Source: Lama glama
Lineage: Eukaryota
Reading direction: 5' to 3'
DNA: 64,000 nucleotides
Assembly: GCA_028534125.1 (NCBI GenBank)
Contig: CM052828.1
Location: forward strand, 60,388,001 to 60,452,000
Under the pieces are notes generated by a model, which worked only from the letters and a program-made list of their open reading frames with translations, had not been told where the DNA came from and ran no database searches. Below, piece after piece: positions 1 through 13,069 of the stretch. How positions within the stretch are numbered: position 1 is the stretch's first letter; every line of letters begins with the position of its first letter. Made by a program: the position numbers and the translations under genes.

Positions 1-3000
1 TTACAGGCAGAAGCGCTTTATCACTAAGGTACACAGTGATTCATGCTGAGAATGTAGTTAAAGTATCGTGGCAGTTTAAAAATGACACGCCATCAGGGTA
101 ACGCAGCGGAGTGGCTCGTTGAGACTGAGCGCTTCCTGCTCGCCTGCAGCGCGGTCAGCGCATGACAGTGAGCGCTCTCGCCTGACACGTGGCTGCACAC
201 GTGAATACACCACCTCACGTGCCACGCCTTGGACTCTGGGCAGGTGACCCTTGAAGATTGCTGTGGGACCCAGAGGTGTCTAAGGGCAGCGTCCTGAGTT
301 CACCCTGGGTTTGAAGTCCCAGCCCCTGGAGGAGGGCAGCCTCCTCTGAACATCAGCCCTGGTCCGTCCGTCCGTGCGAAGACGTGCTGCACACCCGCTT
401 GGCAACCTTTGCCTCTGTCCTTTTGCAGATTACACAGGTTGGGATTCTGAGACCCGAACGAGGCTCTGAGCCCTGTGCTGATGGCTGGGAGGGGTCTCAG
501 GGACCCTTCGAGTGCAGCCGCGGAGGTAGGGGCCCAGGGGAGGGGGAGGGTTAGCCCCAGGCTCTGCCCTCCTGGTCCCCGCAGGGCAGACATGCTGGCC
601 TGGAATCAGGGCTCGGCCGCTTCTCCACTTCGTAGGGGTCTGGGAACAACGATGTACGGTCAGTACCACCCAGAGCTCCCGACACCGACTGAGAACTTAC
701 CCTGACCGTCCCACCACCTTGGCTGCCTCAGACTTTTCTGGGGGCTGTGTCAGGATGCGGATGCTGGCCCCTGGGGTTCTGGTCCCTGGGTCCAGCCCTC
801 ATGGGCTCTAGGATGCCCCAGCTGCCGGTCTGGACGCCCTGGACACCTGCTGCCTCTGCGGGGTCGCACCAGCCCTCGCGCTGCTGACGCGCCGGGGCTC
901 AGGCATCCGTCCCAGAGCCATCACTGTTATCCCTTTGTGTTAACAAGAAATAAGACAGGAAAAGAGAACAAAGACAAACCAGCAGAAAAGCCCAAGAGGA
1001 GAGTGACAGTTTGCTCAGGCGCCCACACCGGGCACTGACCTGCGGGCCTGGGTCCTCCCCTGGCACACCGAGGGCGGGCACAGGGGTTAACGCGGATCGA
1101 GACTGCCTCCCGGGCCTGAACCACCATGGCAGTGCTTCCCAGGGCCACGGTAGCTGCGGACACGAAGCACCACGGAGCGGGCGGCTTAACACCACCAACT
1201 GTGCTACAGAGTGGAAGCCGGAGCCCAGGCTGCTGACCCAGGCTGGGGGGCGGCAGTCCTCAGCTGGCAGACACGCAGCCTGATCCCTGCCTCCAGGTCA
1301 CGTGCGGCTTTCTTCGGGGGGAGTGTCTCCTCGGGACACCCGTGGTCACACCCGTGGCTGGAACAGGCCCAACTTGATGACCTCGTCTTAACTAACTTCA
1401 TCTGCCAACACAGCCTGTCTCCACTAAGTTCCTGCTCTGAGATTTTGGGGGCTTGGGGCTTCCACACATCCGTCTGGGAGACAGTTCAAGCCGTAAGAGA
1501 GGGCATTTTGCATCACTAAGGCCTAGAACGTCCACTCAGCAGAGGCAGACCTCCTCATCCTGGGGCTCAGCCACGGCCCAGTTGCCTTCCGGTGGAAGTG
1601 CAGGCTGGCCTGACACAGGAGGAAGCCCCCCCGGCCTCTCCCCTTGCCCCAGCTCAGGCCTTCCCAGGGCTTCCTTCTTATCGGCCAAGCCTCCTGGAAG
1701 CCATAGCCAAGGGAGCCTGGGAGACGTAGTCCCCTGGGTCCAGACACAGCGGTGACAGGACCTGACCCTCCAGCAGAGGCTCAGACAGGTCCTTCCCACC
1801 TAAATTCCCCATCAGCCTCTGGGCTAATGCTGGCCAACACTTGCACGCCGAGCCTTCAGCTCCTGAATCCCATGCAGTTCCAGGTGGCACTGGAGGAGGC
1901 CCCTGACGGACAGTCCCGGGAGCTGAGCCCAGCCCAGAGCTGCCCCTGAACGTCTTCCTCAGCCAGCCACTCGGCCGGCCTATGCGATGCCCTGCGTCCC
2001 ACCCGGCTTCTTGATGGAATCTGCACCTGCTGGTGGTGGAGACCAAGTTCTGTTCAGAGGAAGGAAGCTCAATTGACTCTGGGGAACCTGCCGGGCGCAC
2101 CCCTGGGCAGAGGCGCCGACGCTCCCAGCGGCCGTCTGTAAACTCACGTCCTCCCCGAGGAGTCAGAGCGGGTCGGCTCCACCCTGTCCTGTCCGTGAAG
2201 GCTGAGTGTTCACAGTACTGAGGCACGACCTGGTGGTGGAATTGAAAATGATATTTGTAACATTTCACAGCCCAGATACCACGACAAAATGACGGCACAC
2301 AGGTTGCAAAAATAGCCTTCAGCCAAACGGTGATTTTCTACACATGCCCCTCCACGCCGGCCCCCACACTTGCTGCGCCCCCTCCACCCGGCCCGGCAGG
2401 TACCGTTCTCTGTGGTTCTTCCGCCTGGGGGTCCAGTTTTGTCCCCACAGACTCCCTCCCAAATGCGCCAGCCATGCTGCTGCTCAGCGTCTCCAGATTC
2501 TTGGCCAGGAGACTCCGGAGTCGTGGCCGGGCTGGGCATCTCTGGGCAGAGCCCCGTTCTCGGGACAGCAGGCTATCACATGCGGCTGTGCAGAGCACCG
2601 GCCCGCGCTGCCTGTGGGCTCGGCTCGGCGGCCGAAGCGGAGGGCGGGCCGTTGGAATCTCCGTCTGCGGATGGAAGGCTTATTACTCTGTTTCATCTTG
2701 CCTTGTTTGGGGAGCAGAATTTCTGGTCTCGTCTTGGGTTTGTTTTGAGGATGAACAGAGAAAGAAGGAAAAAATGGGTCAGAGAAGATTGGGGAGAGTC
2801 AGCCATCCCACCAGGTGAGCAGCTGTGAGACTTATAAACATTGCACCTCGTTCTCTGTGAAGCGTGCTCTTCTGAAAACGCGAGGTGAACCCGCAGGCAG
2901 CCTGTGCGCAGCCGGGAGTACTGGTGCCGCCGGAGAAGTCAGGTCTTAAAGTGGGAACTGCGCATAGATGGCTTTTCTCACACTTGTACGCCCATGTGGC

Positions 3001-4319
3001 GTTAAAGAGAGTTTTCAGGGTAACGACGGAGCCTTGGCCCGCCGTGCTTTACCTTGAAAGAAAGACGCCCTTCCACCGGACGCCAGGTTTTCCTGCCCGG
3101 CCAGCTGGGCTTTTCCCTCTGCTGAGGAAATGCCATTTGATGGTGGGGCGAGGATGTGGCCCCGGCTCCCCTGCCCTGTCCCGCGGGGGCCCCCAGCCGG
3201 GAACACAGAGGCCCCGCCTCCCCCCCACCCCCATCCTTATCCCTCTTTGCTGATGCTCTGGGCCTTTGTTGAAGACAACGCGGAGGAAGAATCCACATTC
3301 TGATGTTATTCTGCTTCTCGCCCAAGGCTCGGTGCTGCCTGTTCATCATTCAAACAGCAGGTGAGTTAGCAGGCTTACGTTTCTCTTAGACAGAGAAATA
3401 TGACCCTTTGAAATATGACTCTTTTCTTTTTCTGCGGACCGTGGGGCCGTCCAGAACGAGGGTCAGCTGAGTGTCTGTGGACGGACACACCATCCTGCCC
3501 CGAGGGCGTGAGTCAACAAGATAATCCACTTGCTAATTGTCTATCTGGAAGGGCTGAGCTGCAGCTGGGCAAACACTGGCGCACAAGCCCCGCCGCACGG
3601 CGACCGCCTCCTGCACAGCAGCTCCCCTGCCAGCGCGCTGCCGCGGGCGGTTGGGTCCATCTCTGCCACCGTGCATCCCGGGGGCCCTGCGCACCCGCCC
3701 TCAGGTCTCTCTACCCGGACGCAGCAGACCCACTGCTGCTCCCATCTCCCAGATCAGGAAGGGGAGCCACTTCCCAGTTTCCCCAGCTGGGAACCGCTGC
3801 GTCCCGCACAGCCCCTGCCCAGCCCCACTGGGTGAGGTCAGACCCCGCAGCCCCGGCCACGTCTCTGCCAGAAGTACTGGCGGGAGGGTGAAGACGGAAT
3901 CACCCCGCCCACGAGCCACTGTGCCGCACGCACAAGGAGGTCCTGGTTAAGTGACTAGCTCCACTGGCCTGAGTGACCCGGCCGGCAGCCTCACACAGTG
4001 ACATGGCACAGACACAGCCAGGGCGTCTCCAAGATGCTGCGGCAACTTCCTCATGATGAAGGAAACTGTAAGGCCCTGTCTCCCCAGGGAAGGCCAGCGT
4101 TACCCCCAGTCTGTGTAACTCTCGATAGAAAAGGACCCGGGCGCTAATCACCTTTATCTGAAATCACTCATTTATTCATGCTCGTCAGAAAATAATTCGC
4201 TGGTGCTTTTGGCTGGTTAGATGCCGAGAGACGAAGGCATGAGTCTGTGGTGGGCCCGCCCTCCGCGTCCGAGTGCCCTGGGTGCCAGCAGAGGGCCCTC
4301 TCTGTAGGTGGTGCCCTTG

Positions 4320-5560
4320 TAACTTACTGTCAGTCCTTCCTGTTTGTCCTCACCCGGCACAGCCATCACACTCTCTTACCTTTTTTTTCCCGTCACTTAT
4401 CTCTACTCGTTCCTTCATTTCCATCCTTCCTTGCCTTACTTTAGGTGGGTTCTTGTGCACAGAACACAGCCCCACCCGACTGTCCCTGTCTCACGAGTGA
4501 TGTCCCCTCCCTGCTGCACGGAGTCAGTGGTGTAGTCGGTTCTTCACCACTGTGACCACAGGGTGCCAGGTGTCTCCCGCTGACGCACCCTCCTGCCCTC
4601 CCTGGTGAGCCCCCACAGCTCGCTCGTCTCGGTTCCGTGAGAACCCGGGGGGGCTTCCTGCCTGTCCTCCATGCCCCCTTCTTACCGAAGCCCCTCCAGA
4701 GGCAGGACGTCTACCCCCCCCAAGCCCGCCATTCCAACTCCTAGGTTTTCTAGATCTAATACTTTTATTTCTGGGCGTTTGGAGGCTTTGCCTATGGTAC
4801 GTCTGTTCAATTTCAAAAAATACTTCTTTAGCACCTGTATTTCTCTTTCCTGGATAAGTTATCATCTCTTATAGGGACCTGTGTGTGTTTATCTGCTTGT
4901 TTGCAAGCTCACCTCGAGGTTCCTTCCTCAGGTGTGTCCCAGGGAGGCTCCCTGGGTACTTGGCACCATCCTTCCGTCCCCTCGACAGACAGCGGCACCA
5001 CGGGCTCCTGGGACTGCACACATCCTGCCTGCCTCCAGCTGTGCTCTGTGGTCATCTGGCTTTCAGTGTCCGGGCGGGAAGCTGATGCCGGCCTGGCGCT
5101 TCTTCCTCTGTGATGGATTTGTTCTTCACTTCTGAAGGCTTTGGGATTTTTCTCTTTTTCGTGTCTTGCAGGATTTTTCTGACTTTCCCGGCTGGGTCCT
5201 TACTCCCTGGGGCTCCCTGTGTCTACGGGCTGATCTCTCTGTTGCTCCCCAACTGATTTGATCATTGTCCCCCTGCCACCCGTGTCCTCCTGTGTCCTCA
5301 TGCGAGTCTCACTTCTCAGCGGGCAGCTCCCTGGGTGTCCCCTCTGGCCCCCTACACTTGCATCCCCGGCCATCAGGGCGTCCTGTCCTCTCTGTCCCCT
5401 GGGTGTCTCCTCTGGCCCCCCACACTTGCATCCCTGGCTGTCGGGGCATCCTGTCCTCTCTGTCCCCCAGAGGCCCTTCTCTGCTTTGGTTTTCAGTTGA
5501 AATCGGGCATTTCCTACAAGAAATAACTGCTGTGTTGGATGAACCTCTGACAGCTGTGCC
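4320..5560 (-). mobile_element. Highly degraded ancient LINE-1 (L1M-type) fragment, ORF2 5' end to ORF1 region, antisense
   Basis: T/C-rich tract. tactttaggtgggttcttgtgcacagaacacag (~4438-4470) resembles the antisense L1 endonuclease region also seen near 37960-38000. 5100-5270 resembles antisense ORF1. From recalled consensus. Confidence 0.45.
5329..5467. repeat. Tandem duplication, 2 x 68 bp
   Basis: Unit ccctgggtgtc(c/t)cctctggcccc...gtcctctctgtc starts at 5329 and again at 5397, with 7 mismatches in 68. Confidence 0.95.
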
Positions 5561-8500
5561 CTCAGAACTGGTCCAAGCTCTGCCCCCCTCCCCGCCCAGC
5601 GCCCCCTCAGGAGTGTGACTTTCTTTCCTGCTCTTTGGGGCCGAGATCAAGCAGGAGATGACTTGTGTGGGGCCACCCCGGGGTCCCCTCCGGCCTTGGG
5701 AGGCCCTGCCTGGCCCCACGACCCCAGGCACTTTTCAGGGGTGAAAACGGGGGCATGCAGAGGTTAGACCACCCTGGACACTGAGGAAGTCAGTAGCAGG
5801 GTTGGCATTTGGACCCAGGCCCGACACTTGTCACACCGACATCCATGATGCTGCCTGTCTGTGTCCGTCTGCCTGGGCCGAGCTTCCCCATTGCAGCCCG
5901 AACGTCACCGTGGGCCGTGCACAGCGGGTCTGTGGGCATTGACCAGGCTCCGGTCTGTCGCTGGGGAAGCTTTCCTTTCATGGGCATCTTCTTGGTTACT
6001 GCCTTGCTCATGGGCACAGGACAAGCTGGAAAGAGGCGTCACAATAATTCTGGGTCAGGCAGAGGAAACAGGGCTGAGCTGAGCCAGAGAGGTGGGAGCT
6101 TGGAGAGCTGGCCCCATGGCCAAGGCCAGTCCTCACATGACAGGGCCAGAGCACAGCCCTAGGACACCAGAGGGGGACTCACAGGACCCCAGGGGACAGG
6201 AAGAGATTGCATGTGGAGAGGAGGAGCCAGCAAGTAGGCTCAGGGCACAGGTCTCAAGCTGGGCCTGAGGACATGGGTCCAGGGTCTCGTGGGGAGCAAA
6301 GGGGCCCAGCCCTGAGCCAGGAGCAAGCAGCCCAGGGGGGGCCTCTGTAAAGAGAGGCTGGGCTGAGTGAGAGGAATCTGAGAGCCGGTCATCCCTGTCC
6401 CCTGCTCTGCCCGCACCGGCTGGGGGCTGACGCCTCACGCGGTGGGACTGAGTGCGCTGTGGCTGCCCACAGACCGGTCCTGGATGCCGGCCCCTCCAGC
6501 AGAGGGCCTGAGGGTCCCCGGCTCCCATGCCCCAGGCCTCCAGCTGCGCACACACGAAGGCCGGGATGAAGAACCACTGTTTTTCCAATTCTGCTTTCCT
6601 CCCCGAGGGAGGCAACTTTAGAGGGAGTAATCATTGTGATGACAAATAAATTTTAAAATCTGGGCGACTTGTCTTTCCTCATCAGTTGCTATTCTTCAGG
6701 TCCTTAAACCTTGAAGTTTTAAATGGGGGAACACTCCCTCAGCAGAAGCCAGGCCCTGGGGACGTGGCTGCCGGGAAATAGCCCAAGTCCTCCCAGTGCG
6801 ACCGGGACAACTGTGTGCCGTGGTCTTTGCACATCAGTTCACAGAGCATCTTTGTTAAAGGCGTGCATGGCTTTGGCGGGCCTGCCTGTCAGTTCTCGCT
6901 CCGTCCTGGTCTCCAGGGGCCACCAGGGCTGGGAGAGCATGTGGCGCCTGCCGTGGGCGCCCAGAGGGCCAGCTCGTCAGTCTGGAGAGCCTCTCCCTGG
7001 TGCCGCACTGATGTCACCTCGGGTACCTGGAGTCAAGGCTGTCTGGGCGGGGCCTCCGACCAGCTCTTTCTCTTTTTCATGTCTGGGATGGGGAGGGAGC
7101 AGAAGAGCTGCTCTGTTTTATGGAATCACGTGCACACCTGAGATTCCTGACTCAAGCAGGGGCTTCACTCACCTGTTTCTTGGTATCCACCAGTCTCTCC
7201 TCCAGCCGCCACAGAAATGACAGAAACAGCACAACAGGAAACATACAGAACAGGCTGCAGCCCCCGGCAGGGTGAGCGGACCCCTCTGGCTAGGGCACCT
7301 CCCCATCCCCTCGGGGGCCTGGCTTCCCCTCACCCCCAGACCGAGTCCTCACAATGGAGTGCAGTCAGCATCCGCGCAGGGCAGGGCATGCCGAACCACC
7401 CCGGTCCCAGTTCTGCGGGTCTCAGGCGGGACCCAGAGAATGCACTTTGCTCACGGGTCCCCAGGTGCTTGGAGGCCCTGCCCAGGCTGCGATGGGGCGG
7501 GGACACCAGGGCGAGAGGGCCCCGCTTGTCCTTACAGACCTCAAGTACAGCCTTGGTCCCCTCCCCCGTGGTAGACAGAGCTGAGCCTGGGCCCTCCCTG
7601 CCACCTACACGTCCAGAAAACGGAATCTTTACCCCGGATTGACCCTCTTGTCTGCCATCCTCTCTGAATGTGTGGCCGCGGTGCTGTGGCATCTGGGGTC
7701 ATCTGGACCTTTGTAAAGAATGCAGTTTTCAACTAGAGCCGGCAGCCTGTGCCCAGGACAGTCACACAGACGGCCGCACAAGAGGCCCCTCTCAGGGCTG
7801 CTGTGACGCGCCCTCGTCCAGATGTCGGCGTGGCCAGACTCTGCAGTGGCCGTGCCCGTAGGGAAGGACGTGCATCACCGTGGAGATAATTCTGAACCTC
7901 TTCGCCAGCCAGAGCCTAAATAAGATGCCCAGTGAAGCCACAGGCCACTCACTCCCGGTACTGACCACACGCGATCCAGCTATGCCCCTAAGCTCACGGC
8001 CAAGGTTAACATCAGAGCCTACGCTTCCCCACCGACTTGCGGTGTTTCCACCCCAGCCACTCCCTCCTGAGTCACAGCACCTCTCCTGCCCAGCCCTGGT
8101 GGGCGTCAGGCGGGCAACCATCAAACAGGAAGGTCTTTCTCTGGCTTTGCAGCATTTACAGCCCAGTTGTTCACACGTTACAGACACTTGCACAGCCGAT
8201 TACTCACAGTCCTCACTGTGTGATCACAGCTGCCCCGGAGCCCATCCTGCCTCGGGTTGCAGGGGGCTTCCCCGAGGAGGCAGTTCAGCCGCCACCTGAG
8301 GAGAGGTAGCCGCAAGGACGGGGGACTATCACTTGCGCCCGCCTCGCTGGTCAGGGTCTCCCGAGGCAGAAGTGGCTGGGCCAGGAGGCAAGAGGGTGCA
8401 AGGGGGCGTCTGCTGGGCTCTCAGGCCCCTCAGAGGGCTTTGGGATCTTCCCAAGGGTGATCAGATGCCTTGATACTTCTAATGAAGGGGAGAGAGATCA

Positions 8501-10109
8501 TCCAGTTTGCACTTTCTAAAAGAGCCTTCTACCTGCTGGCTGAAAAGGAGTTGGGGGTAGAGGCGGATGTGGGGCGCCAGTGAGACCAGCTGTCCTGCTG
8601 CGAATGAGGGGGTGGGAGGTGGGGTCACAAACCCTTCACTGAGCAGAGCGGGCGGGGCGCCTACAGCCACGTTCAGGGCCCCCGGGAGCTGTCTGCCCCG
8701 CCATCCACACCTGGCTCGCCTCCGCCCCGAGCACTCAGTAACAGGGAGGCTAACCGGGGTCTCTGATCCCAGCCCCGTTCCAGCCAGCTCCCCAGCATCC
8801 AGGTCAGTGTGGGACCCCAGCTGCCTCAACGGCCCTTCCCGGCACCTGGACGAGCGAACGAGCTGGGGCTCTTCCTTTGGACTTTGAGGGTGGATAACGA
8901 GGGTGGTCACCTATCTCCATGGGGGTGACTCAGGGCCCCTGAGTCTGCAGTGTCCTGTGAGCCAGGTGGTCTGGCCGCCACACCCTCCCCACACTCACGT
9001 CTCCACTGTTCCTCAATCCCGGAGCCAAAGTCCCAAGCCCACCCTGAGTCCGAGAGTTAAGGGGCCAGTGCTGGGGACCCAGGAGAAAGCCGGCTCTCTC
9101 CTTGCCGAGAACCACGGCTCCCCACGCAGGGCCGGCCTTTGTGGTGGGCGGGACAGTGAGGACCGGGCACCGTGAGCCGGCACTTGCGTGCCTGCTCTCC
9201 GCTTCGTCTTCCTCGCTCGTCACCCCATCACCCACGCACCCACTTAATGTGATTAGGAGGTAAAGCTGCCCTCATGGCAGCCACCTTTCCCTGGACCCCT
9301 GTCAGGAGGTCCAGTGTGGCCGCATCGCGGGACCCTGTGTGGGCTGCTCGGGGACCTGGGTGCCCAGTGAGGAGCTGCCCCTTCCCGCCCATGACGGACA
9401 GTGAGCTGCTGGGTTCAGAGCAGCAGGCGAGCCAGCCTAGAAGACAGTTGCGGGCGGCAGGAGCAGCCGCAAGTGTGACGGTGGAGCTGGTCTGTGGTGC
9501 CCTGAGATGACCCCATCCATCGCTCCACACTGACTCTTCTCGAAGAGTGTGGGTGGGGTCAGGGCCAGACCCCAAGGGGCTTTTGTCAGTTGCTTAGAGC
9601 CACCCTCCCGGCCTCTGTGTTCCTGGGGCCACAGCAGTGCCTGGTGTCTGGCACGCTCTCAGCAGATGCTGGCAACAGACACTGCACCCGGAGTGACCTG
9701 TACCTGTGCCCAGGCTGCCCCTCCTTCCTCTTCCTGGAGACTCCAGAGGGCTGCCGAGAGCTGGGGGGCAGCTCCTGCCCGCCTGCTACCTGTGCCGCCA
9801 TCCTCCTCTGGGGCGAGCGCCTCCTGTGCCCTGGGTACCGTGCTGGCCCAGGGGGCGGTGCCATTTCCCAGCCCGGCCCCTTCCAAGATTGACTCCGGAG
9901 TCTGGTGTCTATACAGGCTCCACCTTGCGTCTCCTCTCCAGGGTCCAGGGAAAGCGCTTGGCCCCTGGTCTCCATCTCTGCCAGGGTTGTAGCTGACCCA
10001 GGCCGGCGCCTGCCCTCCAGGACTCAGGGGTCGCTGGGTTAGGCCCTCTGGCCACTAATCTGAGCTCCTCGCGGGGCAGGAGCTGTCTGGGTTTGCGCAC
10101 TGACCTGCC

Positions 10110-10168
10110 TCCCCCAGCACGTGGGAGGGTTCAATAAGCGTGTGTCAACTGAATGAATACATGAATGA
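10110..10168 (+). mobile_element. L2 LINE 3' terminus
   Basis: cccagcacgtgggagggttcaataagcgtgtgtcaactgaatgaatacatgaatga resembles the L2 tail (ctcaataaatatttgttgaatgaatgaat). Confidence 0.55.
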
Positions 10169-10684
10169 CTGTTAGGTGGGTCTCTGGACTCACCACTTTT
10201 GCTCGTAGGTGTGCAGAGTGGGCTTGGGTTTACTCGCTGTCCGACCCTCTCGCTGGAGGGTGGGGCATCCGTGCTGTAACTCAGCGCCTGCAGAAACGGC
10301 TCCGCACAGTAGGACCTCCAGAGATGCGTCAGAGAATAAATTTATCTTTATGCTCCCACGCAGCATGGATGCCTTACAAGCAGCCTGTCTGACTCATGAC
10401 TTCGTCTCAGCCTGGAGCAGCTTGGCCTCACTCCGGGGAGCTGGCAGTGGTCACTGATGTCACAGTGGTTGCTTGAAATCAGCCATCCTGGGGATTTTTA
10501 CACTGGAGGAGTGGGCGGACACTACAGGTCAGGACCCCTTCCCTCTCCTGTTTTGCTTTTTCAGAGCCATCTGTTGAGCACGTACCAGCACACCCCTTCC
10601 TGCATCCCACCTAAACCACATTCACATCCCCCTGCTGGCTTCTGCAAGGACCTGCTCAGTGGCGTCCCTCTCTGACCCCAACAC

Positions 10685-10790
10685 ACCAGTAACAGACGGA
10701 GAAACTGAGGCTCAGAGAGACGAGACAGGACTGGCTCAATGTAACACAACTTACAACAGCAAAACTAAGGTAGAACCAGGTCATTTTTCA
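10685..10790 (-). mobile_element. MIR SINE core
   Basis: acagacggagaaactgaggctcagagag is the reverse complement of the MIR core ctctgagcctcagtttc. Confidence 0.75.
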
Positions 10791-10889
10791 CCCCACCAAA
10801 TCCGCTGCCTTTCTGTGGCTGCACGTGGGACGCCCGTTGACAGTACAGAGGGCACAGCTTTGATGCCAGGGCACCTGATACTCGGGGTT

Positions 10890-11475
10890 TGAGATTTTAG
10901 AGTTAACACACTTCACTGAAGTTACGCCTTCCATGGAGCGTCACAAAAGGGTACGGTTGCAAAAATTATTAGCGTTCTGTTTATGGGATGTGGCACAGGG
11001 TTGCGTGGCAGTGGTAGTTATCTTTTCATACTAATGAAAACATTCTCCTAATTGTTCAGAACCATCTCGGGACTGATAAGTATACAATATAAATATTTTA
11101 TAGGTGTAATTCAATTAATCTCCCGAGAAAAATATCTGTTGGATGCGTGTAAACATACTGGTTAAATTGTACGTCTTCATTCCTTCCACTCCAGTGCCTG
11201 AGACCGTGGAGAACAGACGATAAAAACTGCACCAAAGAGCTTATTCTCTTTTTATCGCCTGTCAAATTATTGCTGCGACGCCCATAGTTGGTGGTGAAAC
11301 ATTGCAGCCCGACGCTGCTAGCAATGAAACGCCAAGTGTGAGTTGCGCATTGACTTTAGGTAATGTACCAGAAAACGTTGCATGAAAACACTAATTTTCT
11401 CAATATATATTAGTAGGCCCGGTGTTTACCAATGAGAAGTGAAGATGTTTTGAAACAGTTTGTTAACTTGAAGCC
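10890..11475. promoter_or_regulatory. AT-rich non-repeat island, candidate conserved non-coding element
   Basis: Abrupt GC drop with no recognisable TE similarity. Contains taattcaattaatc, tgtaaaca (FOX), tgtcaaa and gataa motifs. Confidence 0.4.
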
Positions 11476-11799
11476 TTGGCCGGGCTGCACGTAAATGCTG
11501 TCTGGCTCGTGTTAAAACTGGGGGCAGGAGCATCCTCAGGGCTGCGAGGTCCTGGCGGCACGGTTCTCGCCCAGCTGGTCCCCGGGGCGCCCTCGGTCAC
11601 CCGGGCTCCGGGCTCCCTCCATGTTCACAGTTTCGGCATCACTGGTGTTTCCTGACATCCCTCCAAACAGGCGCAGCCTCTCTCTTCCCTCGGCTCCCCC
11701 GCTACTAGGCTTCCCACCTGCCGTGTGCCGCCCGCTCCTGGAGGAGGACCCCACGCCCGTGCACCTCGAGTGGGTCATTCCGTTGAAGGAGCAGAGCTA

Positions 11800-12065
11800 T
11801 TTTTAACAACGCACCTCACGCTGTTGAGCAAAGAGCAGGTTTAATTTAATTTGTCTGGCCTGCAAAAAATAAAATAAGCGAAGTAGGCAATATATTATTA
11901 TCAGCCTTGGATAACACCGGCATTCAAACATTTTATTATCTTACTATTGAGCAGTGTTTCCAAGAAGAACCTCTTTGTCTGTTAGCCTTTCTTAAGAAAC
12001 CTATTCTTCAGTTTCAAGGAATAATTGTTGTCTAAGAGCTCAAGGGGAAAAATGAATCTCGGAAT
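11800..12065. promoter_or_regulatory. AT-rich island, candidate enhancer/CNE
   Basis: tttaatttaattt, tattattatc and aataattgtt within GC-rich flanks. No TE similarity recognised. Confidence 0.35.
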
Positions 12066-12779
12066 GTCCAAGCGGTTGGTCTGAGCAGCGGCCGAGAAAA
12101 GCTGCCTCCAGCTTTGCCCCGGGTGCCGTGTCCTCGTTTCTGTGATGGGCTTAGTTCCCGGTGTTCGGTGGGCTTCATCCGTGTGCGTTTTAAAGTAATC
12201 CTTATCCACCACCCGAAGTCTGAAGAAGGCAGAGTCTGAGCGTTGTAGGCACGTGGCACGGGCGTGTGCCGTTGTCCCCGACGCCTGTGGCCCCGGTGAT
12301 GCTGTCCTCACGCTAAAGGGAGGGGATGAGCCAGGCCATGTTGCGTCTGGCAAACTGCCACCAACGTCCAAATGACCGCAGAGCAACTTGGCACTAAAGC
12401 TGGCCTCCTTCCGCACCCAGCACCAGGCAGAATCGGGCCCTAATTCCACAGTCACATTGAAACGCAGTGGTGCAGTGCAGCTGTGGGTGGTCGGACATGA
12501 CGTCCACCATGGGGGGCCCTGCCGCCGACCAGAGGCCGAGTCTGTGGGAGAACCACCTCCAGCAAGACCCAGGGTCGGGGAAGGATGCCGTTTCAGGTGA
12601 GCGGCTGGAGTTTGCCTCCGTTTTCCATATCTGTATTTATAGCGTGATTATTGTCACCTCCAGTGATGCTCTTATGACCTCAAGAATGTGGACTGACTGG
12701 GTTCCACTTAGTTAAGGATTTAGATCAGAAGGAGAAAAGAAATATTTTTCAATACGTTTATTAAATAAGTTAAACGCAT

Positions 12780-13010
12780 ATCATATACAGTTTTATTTTA
12801 GTAAAAGAAAACTTTGTGGAGTTTTAAATGGTATCCATTAGGAATATATGTAGAATCCCAAAGAAGAAAGTGAAGTCATCCCTAACCTCATTCTCAGAGA
12901 GAGATCTCTGTTACTGGGGGTGTTCCCTCTGATCAGGCACATCTACCATACACATCACGTAGCTCCTGAAAACCCTCAGTTTTGCAAAATTTTTACAACA
13001 AGCATGGGTT
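12780..13010 (-). mobile_element. Degraded L1ME-type 3' end
   Basis: gaagtcatccctaacctcattctcagagagagatctctgttac resembles antisense L1ME 3' UTR (aatcacccataatcccaccacccagagataaccactgttaac). Confidence 0.35.
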
Positions 13011-13069
13011 GGGGCAGACTCTCAAATCTCTGGCCCTCTGTAAGGACAGCCCTGACAGAATGATGTCAT

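Noticed and set aside
408-531. Possible exon 429-525 with a strong acceptor (tccttttgcag)
   Set aside because: Only a moderate donor (GAG|gtaggg) and no recognisable coding content, so it is indistinguishable from a pseudo-exon.
529-550. G-quadruplex motif ggggcccaggggagggggaggg (others at ~40412 and ~61192)
   Set aside because: Common in GC-rich DNA. The 61192 copy is the normal L1 3' UTR G-tract.
4284-4298. CTCF-like motifs (ccagcagagggc at 4285 and 6496; similar at ~22591 and ~49945)
   Set aside because: Imperfect matches expected by chance in 64 kb of GC-rich DNA, with no independent support.
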